A DNA stretch of 64,000 nt from Desulfurococcales archaeon (GTDB lineage Archaea > Thermoproteota > Thermoprotei_A > Sulfolobales > Desulfurococcaceae). The stretch spans positions 32,001 through 96,000 of the forward strand of contig JALVYU010000026.1 of the NCBI GenBank assembly GCA_027022365.1, written 5' to 3'. The number at the start of each line of letters is the position of its first letter. The stretch's first letter is position 1. The notes below the pieces were generated by a model. It ran no database searches. It was not told where the DNA came from and was given only the letters and a program-made list of their open reading frames with translations. A program made the translations under genes and the position numbers. Below, piece by piece: positions 52,761-61,574 of this stretch.

Positions 52761-53837
52761 TTAGTTGACCCCTTCATATTTAACTATTAGCATATCTGAA
52801 GTAAACGCTATTGGAAAAAGATTAAGTTCTTCAGAAATTTTAACTATTTCTTCTTTTATAGCGTTTAAGATAATATTGTTTAATAGTTTGTCTTTCTTTT
52901 GATGAATATTGATTATATAATTAGCTGTTTCCTGTATAGTATATAAATTAAAGTCAGGAATAATTTCAATTATATTAAATCCCTCATTAAGTATATTTTC
53001 AACAATCTTCCTTTTATCTTTTGAAGCTACGTAGGGATACATTATATAGCCCTTTCTAAGACCATTAATCTTAAGAGCTTCTTTTCCACGTTTTATCCAA
53101 GTTAATAACTCTTTCATTGAATAATACGGATCGCATTCAAAGATATCGAAACGTCCTACGAGATCACGAGGTAAGGGATCAAATAGATCGTGATGTACTG
53201 TTTCTAGTGAAATTCCGTATTTATTTCCAATTTTGTTTAATTTATCTAATAAATCGGAATCCAAATCGATGACATATATTTTTAGATCAATTTCGTATTT
53301 TTTGAATAATATGCCAAGAGCAATGCTAAGACAATCATCATCGCCCAACATTACAGCATTTTTGAGTTCGAAACCATTATCGATTAATATTTTAATAGCT
53401 CTATTTACTATCGAATAAACATGTGCAGGGTATTGATTTAAATGACGTTTCAGTTTTATAGAGTTTCGAACATCATTTATCGCAGTTATTATTTCATAAA
53501 AAGTTTCTGAAGGAATATTTAATAACAATCTATTGTTAAGTGTTATTATTTTTTCTTCTTTAAGTATCTTCAATAAAGTATAAGAAGGTAAAATTCCTAT
53601 TTTTCTGACTATGTCACAAATAGACTTAAAATCAGAATTAGAAATAATAACTCTTGTCATGCATTCATAAAATATCTCATAAGGTATTTTTGAATAAAGA
53701 GCATTCCTTATTTCCTCTATATCTTTATATGTATTCGTATAAAGATATATTCCTATTTTTTCGAAGATCCTTATTATATATTTGGTTAATTGGTTAATGA
53801 ACGCATTATAGAGTTTATAACTCGTATTTGAATCCAT
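52761..53837 (-). CDS. BpsA-like (DUF43) aminopropyltransferase, SAM-dependent methyltransferase fold
   Basis: NQ, R, LGDDD.LSIAL, IDLD..L, HDLFDPLP, FD.F.CDP, IIPDFN.Y match branched-chain polyamine synthase motifs. Confidence 0.75.
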   Translation of the reverse strand: MDSNTSYKLYNAFINQLTKYIIRIFEKIGIYLYTNTYKDIEEIRNALYSKIPYEIFYECMTRVIISNSDFKSICDIVRKIGILPSYTLLKILKEEKIITLNNRLLLNIPSETFYEIITAINDVRNSIKLKRHLNQYPAHVYSIVNRAIKILIDNGFELKNAVMLGDDDCLSIALGILFKKYEIDLKIYVIDLDSDLLDKLNKIGNKYGISLETVHHDLFDPLPRDLVGRFDIFECDPYYSMKELLTWIKRGKEALKINGLRKGYIMYPYVASKDKRKIVENILNEGFNIIEIIPDFNLYTIQETANYIINIHQKKDKLLNNIILNAIKEEIVKISEELNLFPIAFTSDMLIVKYEGVN

Positions 53838-53854
53838 AAACTACACCCTATCTA

Positions 53855-54991
53855 TTATATTATGCCTTGATGAAAAAGTTTGTTTGAAAATGATTTTATA
53901 TAATGATATATATATTTCATAAGCTCACATTTATAGGTTACAGGAATATGTATATTGTTATAAAAATATTTACTCTCCAAGGGGCATTCACCACCACAGA
54001 TATTAATAGCTTTACACTTTAGACACTTAGGAATATTTACTGTTAATCTTTCATTCCATGTTTTAAAAGGATCTAATTTATCTAGTTCATTTAAATCCCT
54101 AATATTATTCACATCAATAAATTCAGAAGTTAAGGCAGCACAAGGACTAATGTACCCTCCCGGTGAATAAATAATATGAATACCACATCCAAAACAATCA
54201 GGAATAGGTGGTTCTTTTTTTAAATAATAGGATAGTGCTTCAGTTAACTTAGAGCTTATATAGGCATGCTTCTGGATGCTAACATTTAGTGCGTCCAGAA
54301 GAGCTTTAAATAACATCTGTGGGTCAAGAACTTCGTTTCTATTTCTTGCTATAGGTATATTTAAGTCTATGTACTTTGTTCGAGTAATATTTAATATATG
54401 AATTAGTGATTCTTTTATATGATTAATATTGTGTTTATGTATAGTACATGCTATTCTAAATCTTATATTAAATTTTCTTAAAAGATTAATAGCACTAACT
54501 ATCTCATGATACGAACCTGATCCGTCAGGTTTAATTCTCATGAGATCATTGATATTTTCTGGTCCGTCCAGGGATATTGCTATGTTTATATTTAATTCTT
54601 TTAAAAGTTTCACGATTTTTTCATCTATAAGTGTCCCGTTAGTTATAATAGAGATCGTATACGGGCCAGTATCATGTCTTAATATTATCTTTAATACTTT
54701 TTTAAACAATTCTTTATAGAGGAGAGGCTCTCCTCCATAAAATCTATATACTCTTCTTTTGTTTAAATTATGCCTTATGAACATTTTTAGAAAATATTCA
54801 AACTTATTAAAGTTAAATGTTTCATTTAAATTAAGTTTATGAACCAGATAACAATATCTACATCTAAGGTTACAGTGCCAAGTTGGTATTATATATAATA
54901 CTGAGTATTTTAATGAATCTCTATATTTTTTTATGCTTTTTATTAATTTTGATGTTTCATCGCTCAAAAAGCCAACACCTAGGATCTCCAT
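53855..54991 (-). CDS. radical SAM/SPASM enzyme (anSME/ranthipeptide maturase-like)
   Basis: CNLRCRYC, FYGGEPLL, TNG, SLDG...ND..R..GS, SPASM C..CLKC...ICGGECP...C. Confidence 0.88.
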   Translation of the reverse strand: MEILGVGFLSDETSKLIKSIKKYRDSLKYSVLYIIPTWHCNLRCRYCYLVHKLNLNETFNFNKFEYFLKMFIRHNLNKRRVYRFYGGEPLLYKELFKKVLKIILRHDTGPYTISIITNGTLIDEKIVKLLKELNINIAISLDGPENINDLMRIKPDGSGSYHEIVSAINLLRKFNIRFRIACTIHKHNINHIKESLIHILNITRTKYIDLNIPIARNRNEVLDPQMLFKALLDALNVSIQKHAYISSKLTEALSYYLKKEPPIPDCFGCGIHIIYSPGGYISPCAALTSEFIDVNNIRDLNELDKLDPFKTWNERLTVNIPKCLKCKAINICGGECPLESKYFYNNIHIPVTYKCELMKYIYHYIKSFSNKLFHQGII

Positions 54992-56024
54992 GGTTTAAGT
55001 CCATATAATAAATATAAGACATTGCTGGACAACCACCACATATCTTTTGGAATTTACAGAATCGGCATTTACCTATAGATTCCCTTGCTACTTGCCTGTA
55101 ATATATGATCTTTTTCTTTATAAACAATTTAGTATTTAGAATATTGCCTATAGGGTCAGGTATATATAAGCAAGGAAGGATTGTTCCATCAGGCATCATA
55201 TATATCTTAGATATACACATGCCACAATATTTCTCTAAGTTGAACGTTTCTTTTATTCTTGTTGTATTAATTTGTTCTAATTGTTTATTATATTTTTTAA
55301 GGATATATGGAACTATAAAAGGAATGGTAGTTTTTACTTTAAAATCATTACGACCGTTGAACATATATTGAATATTTTTCTTAATAATAATTTCAAATAA
55401 TCTTTCATAATCTTTTTTATTTAGTATAATATCTTTAAGATTCTTGGCGCGACCTACCGGGATCAAATCGGTTAAAACGATGCCTTTAGAACCTATATTA
55501 TAAGCAAAATCGCAAAGACTATCTACATAGTTCAAATTCGTTTTTGTGACAACAGATGCAATACTAAAAGGTATTTCGTGCTTTTTTAATAATTTTAAAG
55601 TTCTTAGAACTTTTTTGAAAGTACCTCTGCCCCTGAACACATCATTTATATATTCTAATGGTGCATCCAGACTTATGATTATATCTATATAATCTTTTTC
55701 TTTAGCTAATAAATTGACAAATTGTTCTTTAATCAAAGTTCCATTAGTATTGATTCCTACCCTTATACCATAATCAATAAGTCTTTTAACTATTTCCGTA
55801 AATTGATTACATAAAAAGGGTTCTCCTCCAGTTATACCTATTTCTTTTATATTTAAATTTGAAAGTTTTTCCACGATTTCTAACTTTATACCATAATTGA
55901 TTTCTTTGAATAATTTACTTAAATAAACATTTGAACAATATGAGCAGTTTAAATTACACCTGAAAGTAACAACCCAAGTTATGTATTTAATATTTTTTAA
56001 AAAATCATATATTTTTTCATGCAT
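54957..56024 (-). CDS. radical SAM/SPASM enzyme (PqqE/NirJ-like)
   Basis: CNLNCSYC, TGGEP, TNGT, SLD, RGRG.F, PVGRA, PDG..LPC, CRFC...CGGC...DPRC. Confidence 0.88.
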   Translation of the reverse strand: MHEKIYDFLKNIKYITWVVTFRCNLNCSYCSNVYLSKLFKEINYGIKLEIVEKLSNLNIKEIGITGGEPFLCNQFTEIVKRLIDYGIRVGINTNGTLIKEQFVNLLAKEKDYIDIIISLDAPLEYINDVFRGRGTFKKVLRTLKLLKKHEIPFSIASVVTKTNLNYVDSLCDFAYNIGSKGIVLTDLIPVGRAKNLKDIILNKKDYERLFEIIIKKNIQYMFNGRNDFKVKTTIPFIVPYILKKYNKQLEQINTTRIKETFNLEKYCGMCISKIYMMPDGTILPCLYIPDPIGNILNTKLFIKKKIIYYRQVARESIGKCRFCKFQKICGGCPAMSYIYYMDLNHGDPRCWLFER

Positions 56025-56053
56025 CTGTAGATCACTATTTAATATTATAGATA

Positions 56054-56194
56054 TTATGTTACGCCAGGACTAATTTGACACTTGCATTTAGCACATGCAG
56101 TCAATACATTATTTATTATCAACTTTAATACATCATCTTTATTGATAATAATTTCCTCCTCCGAAATTTTTGGATTAGCTAACTCAGCCAACAT
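56054..56194 (-). CDS. putative RiPP precursor peptide (46 aa)
   Basis: MLAELANPKISEEEIIINKDDVLKLIINNVLTACAKCKCQISPGVT; GGTGA RBS, TATA box, first gene of the rSAM operon. Confidence 0.75.
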   Translation of the reverse strand: MLAELANPKISEEEIIINKDDVLKLIINNVLTACAKCKCQISPGVT

Positions 56195-56226
56195 TGTCAC
56201 CTAATTTATTGAAATGTTTCATATTA

Positions 56227-56234
56227 TATATAAA
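56227..56234 (-). promoter_or_regulatory. TATA box of precursor/rSAM operon
   Basis: TTTATATA on minus strand about 33 nt upstream of ATG 56194, preceded by A-rich BRE-like bases. Confidence 0.55.
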
Positions 56235-56384
56235 ATTTATTGTTGGTCTTAGTTCAGTGTTATTAAGATAATTTATAAATACCATAATTGAAATATAGAG
56301 AACGAAGTACCAATAATATGGTTGCTTGACCAAGAATATTGGATATTAATTGATATACTGATCTTATATGATATTGGTGAAATA

Positions 56385-57665
56385 ATGTTTAGAAGAACGT
56401 ATGTATCATCGCTTTTTCTCGTATTGGTTGTTACTGTTGTTTTGCGGAGTATTGGTGATGTTGTTGAGGAGGTTACTGTTCCTTGGCAGGTGCTTGATTT
56501 TACGAATAGTATTTTTCTTGTTGGTGGTGTTTTTGTGTCGTATTTGTTGCCTTGGGTTTTTATTCCGTTTATTGCTGGTAGAGTTATTGATATTGCTAGG
56601 AATAAGTCCTTTGTTGTTGCTTTTTGTATGATTATGCAGATCTCGTCTGTTTTATTGATTATGTTCATGCTTTCTACTGGTTTAGAGACCTTATGGTTTC
56701 TCGGAATAGTCTATTTATCAATAATTGTTATAAGTACTACTGACTCTATACATAGGTATTTTGTGTTTACCAGCATTCCTGAACTAGTGGGGAAGAATGA
56801 GGCTCTCCTTAACAAGTTCAATAGTATTACAGAGCTTTCATCGGGAATAGGAACTATAGTCATGTATGTTCTCTGCGGATACTTGGTAGCAGTATATGGT
56901 TATAAGACGCTCTGGATAGACGTTTTATGCTTAACCATTATAGCTCTTCTACTAATCGATCTCAGCAGATCATTCAAAAAGAAACGCTTACGCTTCTACA
57001 AGGGTGCGTCTATGAATAAGGGCAAACAAATAAAATTTAAAGATCTGCTCAGTACTATAAAAAGGGATCCATTGGTGTTTTCTTACCTCGTTGTCGCTCT
57101 GGGTTTCAATTTCTTCACAGCACCCGTTTCTTTAGTTCTGATAAATTATCTTTACAATACCGTCGATGAACCCACTAAGTACTATGGCTTTATCATGGCG
57201 ATTTCAACTCTTGGAGCAATAATAGGTTCTGGCATAGTAGCTACGTATTCTAAAAAACTGAAATATATTTCTTGTATCATTATCGGGTTACTTGGTGAAG
57301 CAGTAGCTGTTGCAGGAGTATATTTCATAATAGCATATTCTAACGAATATTATAATTGGATACTTACCTTGTTATTAGTCACGGGTATGTATATGATAAT
57401 GGCTATTATGGGAGCAGTGCTGAATATAGGAGCTGATACATTGTTTCAAATGAGGATCCCAGAAGAAGTTCTAGGAAGTTTCAGGGGATTATTTGATAGT
57501 TTGGCCACTATTCCTATAGCATTATCATATATAGTTGTATCAACAATACTAGAGACGTGGGGATACACTATTATAACAGCATCACTAATGGGAATAGGAT
57601 CCATAATAATAGCCTTACTATACATAATCGCATATTCTATATTAATAAAGAAATTAAATACATAG
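56385..57665 (+). CDS. MFS transporter (Mef/DHA3-like exporter)
   Basis: About 12 TM helices, G..ID...K motif A, IPELV, Q..IPEE.LG; GGTGA RBS before ATG 56385. Confidence 0.85.
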   Translation: MFRRTYVSSLFLVLVVTVVLRSIGDVVEEVTVPWQVLDFTNSIFLVGGVFVSYLLPWVFIPFIAGRVIDIARNKSFVVAFCMIMQISSVLLIMFMLSTGLETLWFLGIVYLSIIVISTTDSIHRYFVFTSIPELVGKNEALLNKFNSITELSSGIGTIVMYVLCGYLVAVYGYKTLWIDVLCLTIIALLLIDLSRSFKKKRLRFYKGASMNKGKQIKFKDLLSTIKRDPLVFSYLVVALGFNFFTAPVSLVLINYLYNTVDEPTKYYGFIMAISTLGAIIGSGIVATYSKKLKYISCIIIGLLGEAVAVAGVYFIIAYSNEYYNWILTLLLVTGMYMIMAIMGAVLNIGADTLFQMRIPEEVLGSFRGLFDSLATIPIALSYIVVSTILETWGYTIITASLMGIGSIIIALLYIIAYSILIKKLNT

Positions 57666-57669
57666 CAGG

Positions 57670-58851
57670 ATGATTATGATGCAAAAGTCTCGTTTAAAAC
57701 ATTTACAGATATTACCAACATTATCGTGTAATATGAACTGTGATTACTGTTACATAAAATTTGCTCCTATGACACAAATTAATTATAAAATGAGTAATGA
57801 TACAGTTGATCTGATAGTTGAATCTATACGCCAAAAAAAGCTTCAATTATCTGATAATGCTACAATTACATTTCTGGGTGGGGAAGTAACTCTTTGTCCA
57901 GAAATTATAGATAGATTTTTTATAAAGCTTCACGACAATCTAAAGAAGAATAAATATATTATCAATATCCAAACTAATGGTTTAGAAATAAGTTCCCTCA
58001 TAGAGATATTACGAAAATTCAAAGATATTTTACCGCAAATAAACATAACGATTAGCATAGATGGTTTTGAAAAAATTCATGACTTTTATAGAAAGGACAA
58101 AAATGGCAACGGGACATTCAAGAGGATCCAAAAGAATTTAATAATGTTATTGAGATTATTGCATCCTAGCAAGATAACTATTCAGTCAACATTAACAAAT
58201 AAAACAAAAAATATTCATAATTTTATAAAAACCTTTCACTCATATGGTATAACAAAATTTCAACTAGTACCTGTAATCACTCCTCCAAGTCTTAGTCATA
58301 TGAGAATTAAACCAACGAATTACCTTGATGAATATATCAAAGTCATCGATTACTATTTTGAGTGCTTAAAAAAAGAAAATCCATTTACAGAAGATTTAAT
58401 ATCTCATTATTTATACAGAATATTGTCTTTAACTAATATCTTGACTAATCCAACTAATTTTCCTGAAAATATATGTCCTATAGGGGTTTCTGTTCTTGCA
58501 ATCGATCCTAAAGGATATGTATATCCCTGTTCAATGTTTGTAGGTTTTAAAGACTATTGTCTCGGAAGGATTGATAATATAGATAAGACTAAAGTAGAAA
58601 ATATAGTTCGGAAAGTAATACAGGGAAGAAGGAAATATTGTAGAAATTGTAAATTAATTAATATCTGTGATCATGGATGCGTAGCAAGAAACCTTATAGA
58701 AAAAAGTGATATAGCTATATTCCCTAAAGAATATTGTAGTATTAAAAGAAATATAATATTATATATTATCAAAAAGCTTTCTAGTATATTACCGAATCTC
58801 AATCCATATTTTCAACATATAGAAAAAGAATTAAGTTTACAGTATTTATGA
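57670..58851 (+). CDS. radical SAM/SPASM enzyme (anSME/ranthipeptide maturase-like)
   Basis: CNMNCDYC, FLGGE, QTNG, SIDG...HD..R...GNGTF, C..G...DPKG.VYPC, CRNC...C..GC...C. Confidence 0.88.
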   Translation: MIMMQKSRLKHLQILPTLSCNMNCDYCYIKFAPMTQINYKMSNDTVDLIVESIRQKKLQLSDNATITFLGGEVTLCPEIIDRFFIKLHDNLKKNKYIINIQTNGLEISSLIEILRKFKDILPQINITISIDGFEKIHDFYRKDKNGNGTFKRIQKNLIMLLRLLHPSKITIQSTLTNKTKNIHNFIKTFHSYGITKFQLVPVITPPSLSHMRIKPTNYLDEYIKVIDYYFECLKKENPFTEDLISHYLYRILSLTNILTNPTNFPENICPIGVSVLAIDPKGYVYPCSMFVGFKDYCLGRIDNIDKTKVENIVRKVIQGRRKYCRNCKLINICDHGCVARNLIEKSDIAIFPKEYCSIKRNIILYIIKKLSSILPNLNPYFQHIEKELSLQYL

Positions 58852-59321
58852 ATATAATTTTTAAATATCTTTGATAATCTAAGCAAATATTTTTTACCAA
58901 GCAGAGTTCTTTAGAAAATCTATAGCAACTATGTTGCTATAAATAACATCGTATTATATCCTTACAGCTTGACTACGAGAACGTATTCCATAATGTGTCG
59001 TTCAAAATTTACAATGGTCACGATGATTATACCGATTATCAATAAAAAATACTAATAATATAGATATTAACTCTCATATGAATTGACTGATTAATCTTAT
59101 CATAACTACGAAGGACATTGATCTAGCCCTATAGTTTGAGCGTATCGAATAGCCTTAGAAGAATAATGGTCCCGGTTAATATATGCATATACTAGAAGTC
59201 CAAGAATTCTATCTACTAAATTTTCTTGTCGCACCGCTTCCCCTCATTAATATTATAGACCTATATAAGCTGTCAAAACTTCTTCTAACAGGGTATTAAA
59301 TAATAATATACGGATTTGCGT

Positions 59322-61175
59322 CTAATAGGAGTGGGTAATTATATCAAGGGCTTTTTCTAGATCTATTTTTCCACCATACATTTGTATCGTTAATAGTAGT
59401 TTCACTGCCCATTCGCCGTGATGATCTCTTATTTGTGTTAAGAGTCTCTTGTCCAGTCCACGCATCGTGCCTGCAGGTGTTCGTGTTCTAATGTATTTCC
59501 ACAGGTCCGGGCTGTAATAGACCATGCCTTTCTCCAGGTCTACGGATATTAGTCCTACTTCTATTAGCTCGTATAGCTTTTTCCAGCCTGGATGTCTGGT
59601 GTAGTCTTCATATTTGGTCTCCTTGTCTAGTACTAGCTTGTTCTTCTTGAGGGCTTTGATGAGCTCTGGTATTATTTTCTTGATGACTATTTCGCCGCAC
59701 TGTATCACGGCCTGCTTGTAGAGGGGCTCGATAACGTTGACTAGGCCGGCTTCCCATAGTTGTCTTAGTTGTTGCTTGAGTCCTGGGCCTAGGCCTCTCC
59801 ACGCGGCCTCAACGATCTTTTCATAATCCTTCTCGGACAAAGTACATACTACTGGCTGCTTATTGAACACCGTCTCCACTAGAACCCGTTTCAGCCCCGC
59901 CTTAACCTCTGCTATCTCCCGGTGTAACTTGGCTATTGAGCCAGCAACATCTACGTGGGCCTGGAAGAGATTCAATAAGTCCTCAACACTCATCTCATTC
60001 TTTCTCCTACGGATCCTCCTCTCAATTCTCAGCGGTCCATCACCGTCGACACCACCCTTTAGGTAGGCAACCAAGTCCCCGGCCGTGAACTGGCCGGCCC
60101 GGAACTGGAGGCTACCCCTCCACAAATCACAGTGCAGGTCGACACGTAGAACAGATAAATCAACAACCCCAACCTCTACACCAAGAACCCCGGAAAGCTC
60201 CCCAACCAAAGCCTCCAGAAACCCCTCAAGCTCCCCGGGACCACTAAAAGACCCAGAAACAATAACCTCACAACCACCACTATATCCACACAAAACCCTA
60301 ACCCTACGACCCAAAACCTCAAACACAAACCCAAGCTTACCACCCATACCACTACCAACAACCCGAAAACCCCTCCTCGACAAACACACAAAACCACAAT
60401 GCCCCGGAACATACAAAACCAAACCATTAACACCACAAGAACCATCCTCACCACTAACACCGCCAAACCCAGCCGCAGGCGGGGCCCCTCCCCCAGCCTC
60501 CCCGATCACATTTTGCCCGGTATCAGAACCCTTGCTGGCGTCGGGGGCTTTACTACTACATATTAATGGTAATAGTGAACAAATCCTATTGGAAACCCTG
60601 TAGAGTCCCCGCTTAATCCTCTCGACATAGCCTGTTCTACGGAGCCTCCACAGATACTTCTTAACAAGATGGGGATCCAGTTTCAGGTAGAAGGCTAGAG
60701 TAGAAGGAGTAAACACCCGGAGCCTAGCTGCAGCCTCCAGGATCCTGCGGGAGACCATGCCTAGGAGACTAGGTCTAGGATGCCTTGAGACACTACTTGA
60801 GACACCCGGACCAGGAGTCACATCAACTCCATGAGACAAAGGACTAGAAGTCACTTCAAGACCATGAGACACCCTAGCAGAAGTCTCTTCACAACATGAG
60901 ACAACTCCATGAGACACCTGGTTGCTGGAGCACTTCTTCCTAGAGACAGGTAATAAGCCAGCAGCTGTCTCATTATAGGCTATATGAGACATTTGATTAG
61001 ACCTAGACCTCTTCGGAACATAGACTCCCAGAGCGATAAGCTTCCTACGAACCCAATCCTTAGAGATATAGAGGTTAAACCTAGAGGAAACCATACGGGC
61101 TATCTTACGGAGACTAAACCCTTGACGGTAGAGCTCTACGGTATACAAGAGAACAGGATCCAGGGACTGGGCCAA
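59322..61175 (-). CDS. putative replication initiator (HTH + wHTH + Rep_trans-like motifs)
   Basis: N-terminal HTH, wHTH (LWRLRRTGYVERIKRGLY), RVDLHCD...YLK...LRIER. Confidence 0.5.
   Translation of the reverse strand: MAQSLDPVLLYTVELYRQGFSLRKIARMVSSRFNLYISKDWVRRKLIALGVYVPKRSRSNQMSHIAYNETAAGLLPVSRKKCSSNQVSHGVVSCCEETSARVSHGLEVTSSPLSHGVDVTPGPGVSSSVSRHPRPSLLGMVSRRILEAAARLRVFTPSTLAFYLKLDPHLVKKYLWRLRRTGYVERIKRGLYRVSNRICSLLPLICSSKAPDASKGSDTGQNVIGEAGGGAPPAAGFGGVSGEDGSCGVNGLVLYVPGHCGFVCLSRRGFRVVGSGMGGKLGFVFEVLGRRVRVLCGYSGGCEVIVSGSFSGPGELEGFLEALVGELSGVLGVEVGVVDLSVLRVDLHCDLWRGSLQFRAGQFTAGDLVAYLKGGVDGDGPLRIERRIRRRKNEMSVEDLLNLFQAHVDVAGSIAKLHREIAEVKAGLKRVLVETVFNKQPVVCTLSEKDYEKIVEAAWRGLGPGLKQQLRQLWEAGLVNVIEPLYKQAVIQCGEIVIKKIIPELIKALKKNKLVLDKETKYEDYTRHPGWKKLYELIEVGLISVDLEKGMVYYSPDLWKYIRTRTPAGTMRGLDKRLLTQIRDHHGEWAVKLLLTIQMYGGKIDLEKALDIITHSY
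60785..60991. repeat. TGAGACA iteron-like array
   Basis: Seven direct copies (60786, 60798, 60832, 60865, 60897, 60910, 60985) and one inverted (60966). Confidence 0.8.
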
Positions 61176-61418
61176 AGCAATTACCCCTCGTGACGAGAGA
61201 TGACTATGTAGGCGGAATCACTGTATTTCTTCACGAGTCCTAACCAGCGGGTAACTGGTATGTGCCAAGCCTTGATAATACCTCCACGCCTACGTAGCAC
61301 AACAAGAACCAGCACACCGCGGAAAATGATTTTGACTAAACGCCTCCGAATCAATGCCTTAACCCTCAGGAAACACTTGTACGGCTACGTTTTCCGGGCA
61401 ATATTCTCGAGTAAAGTG

Positions 61419-61574
61419 CTAGGCGTAGGCCTTCGCCCTCCTCTTAGCGAGCAGGTATTTCACCAGGTAGGCTTCAGGACCGAGTCTAGAAAGAACCCTC
61501 TCCACGATAGCCGGATCCTCCTTCTGGATCTCCTCAATAAGTCTCCGGGCCTCCTCGAGGGCCCGCTTATTCAT
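61419..61574 (-). CDS. 51-aa hypothetical protein (possibly 5' part of a decayed gene)
   Basis: MNKRALEEARRLIEEIQKEDPAIVERVLSRLGPEAYLVKYLLAKRRAKAYA; start overlaps upstream stop. Confidence 0.5.
   Translation of the reverse strand: MNKRALEEARRLIEEIQKEDPAIVERVLSRLGPEAYLVKYLLAKRRAKAYA

Noticed and set aside
58921-58941. Palindrome TATAGCAAC-TAT-GTTGCTATA after the third rSAM
   Set aside because: Single copy; may be a terminator or operator, with nothing further to support it.
59100-59240. 42-aa minus-strand ORF (MRQENLVDRILGLL...) as a second precursor
   Set aside because: Only one Cys, outside the operon and no similarity to the 56054-56194 peptide; more likely a gene remnant.
60085-60603. 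172-aa Pro/Thr-rich plus-strand ORF and 96-aa Val-rich minus-strand ORF
   Set aside because: Shadow frames produced by the extreme C/A skew within the 617-aa gene.
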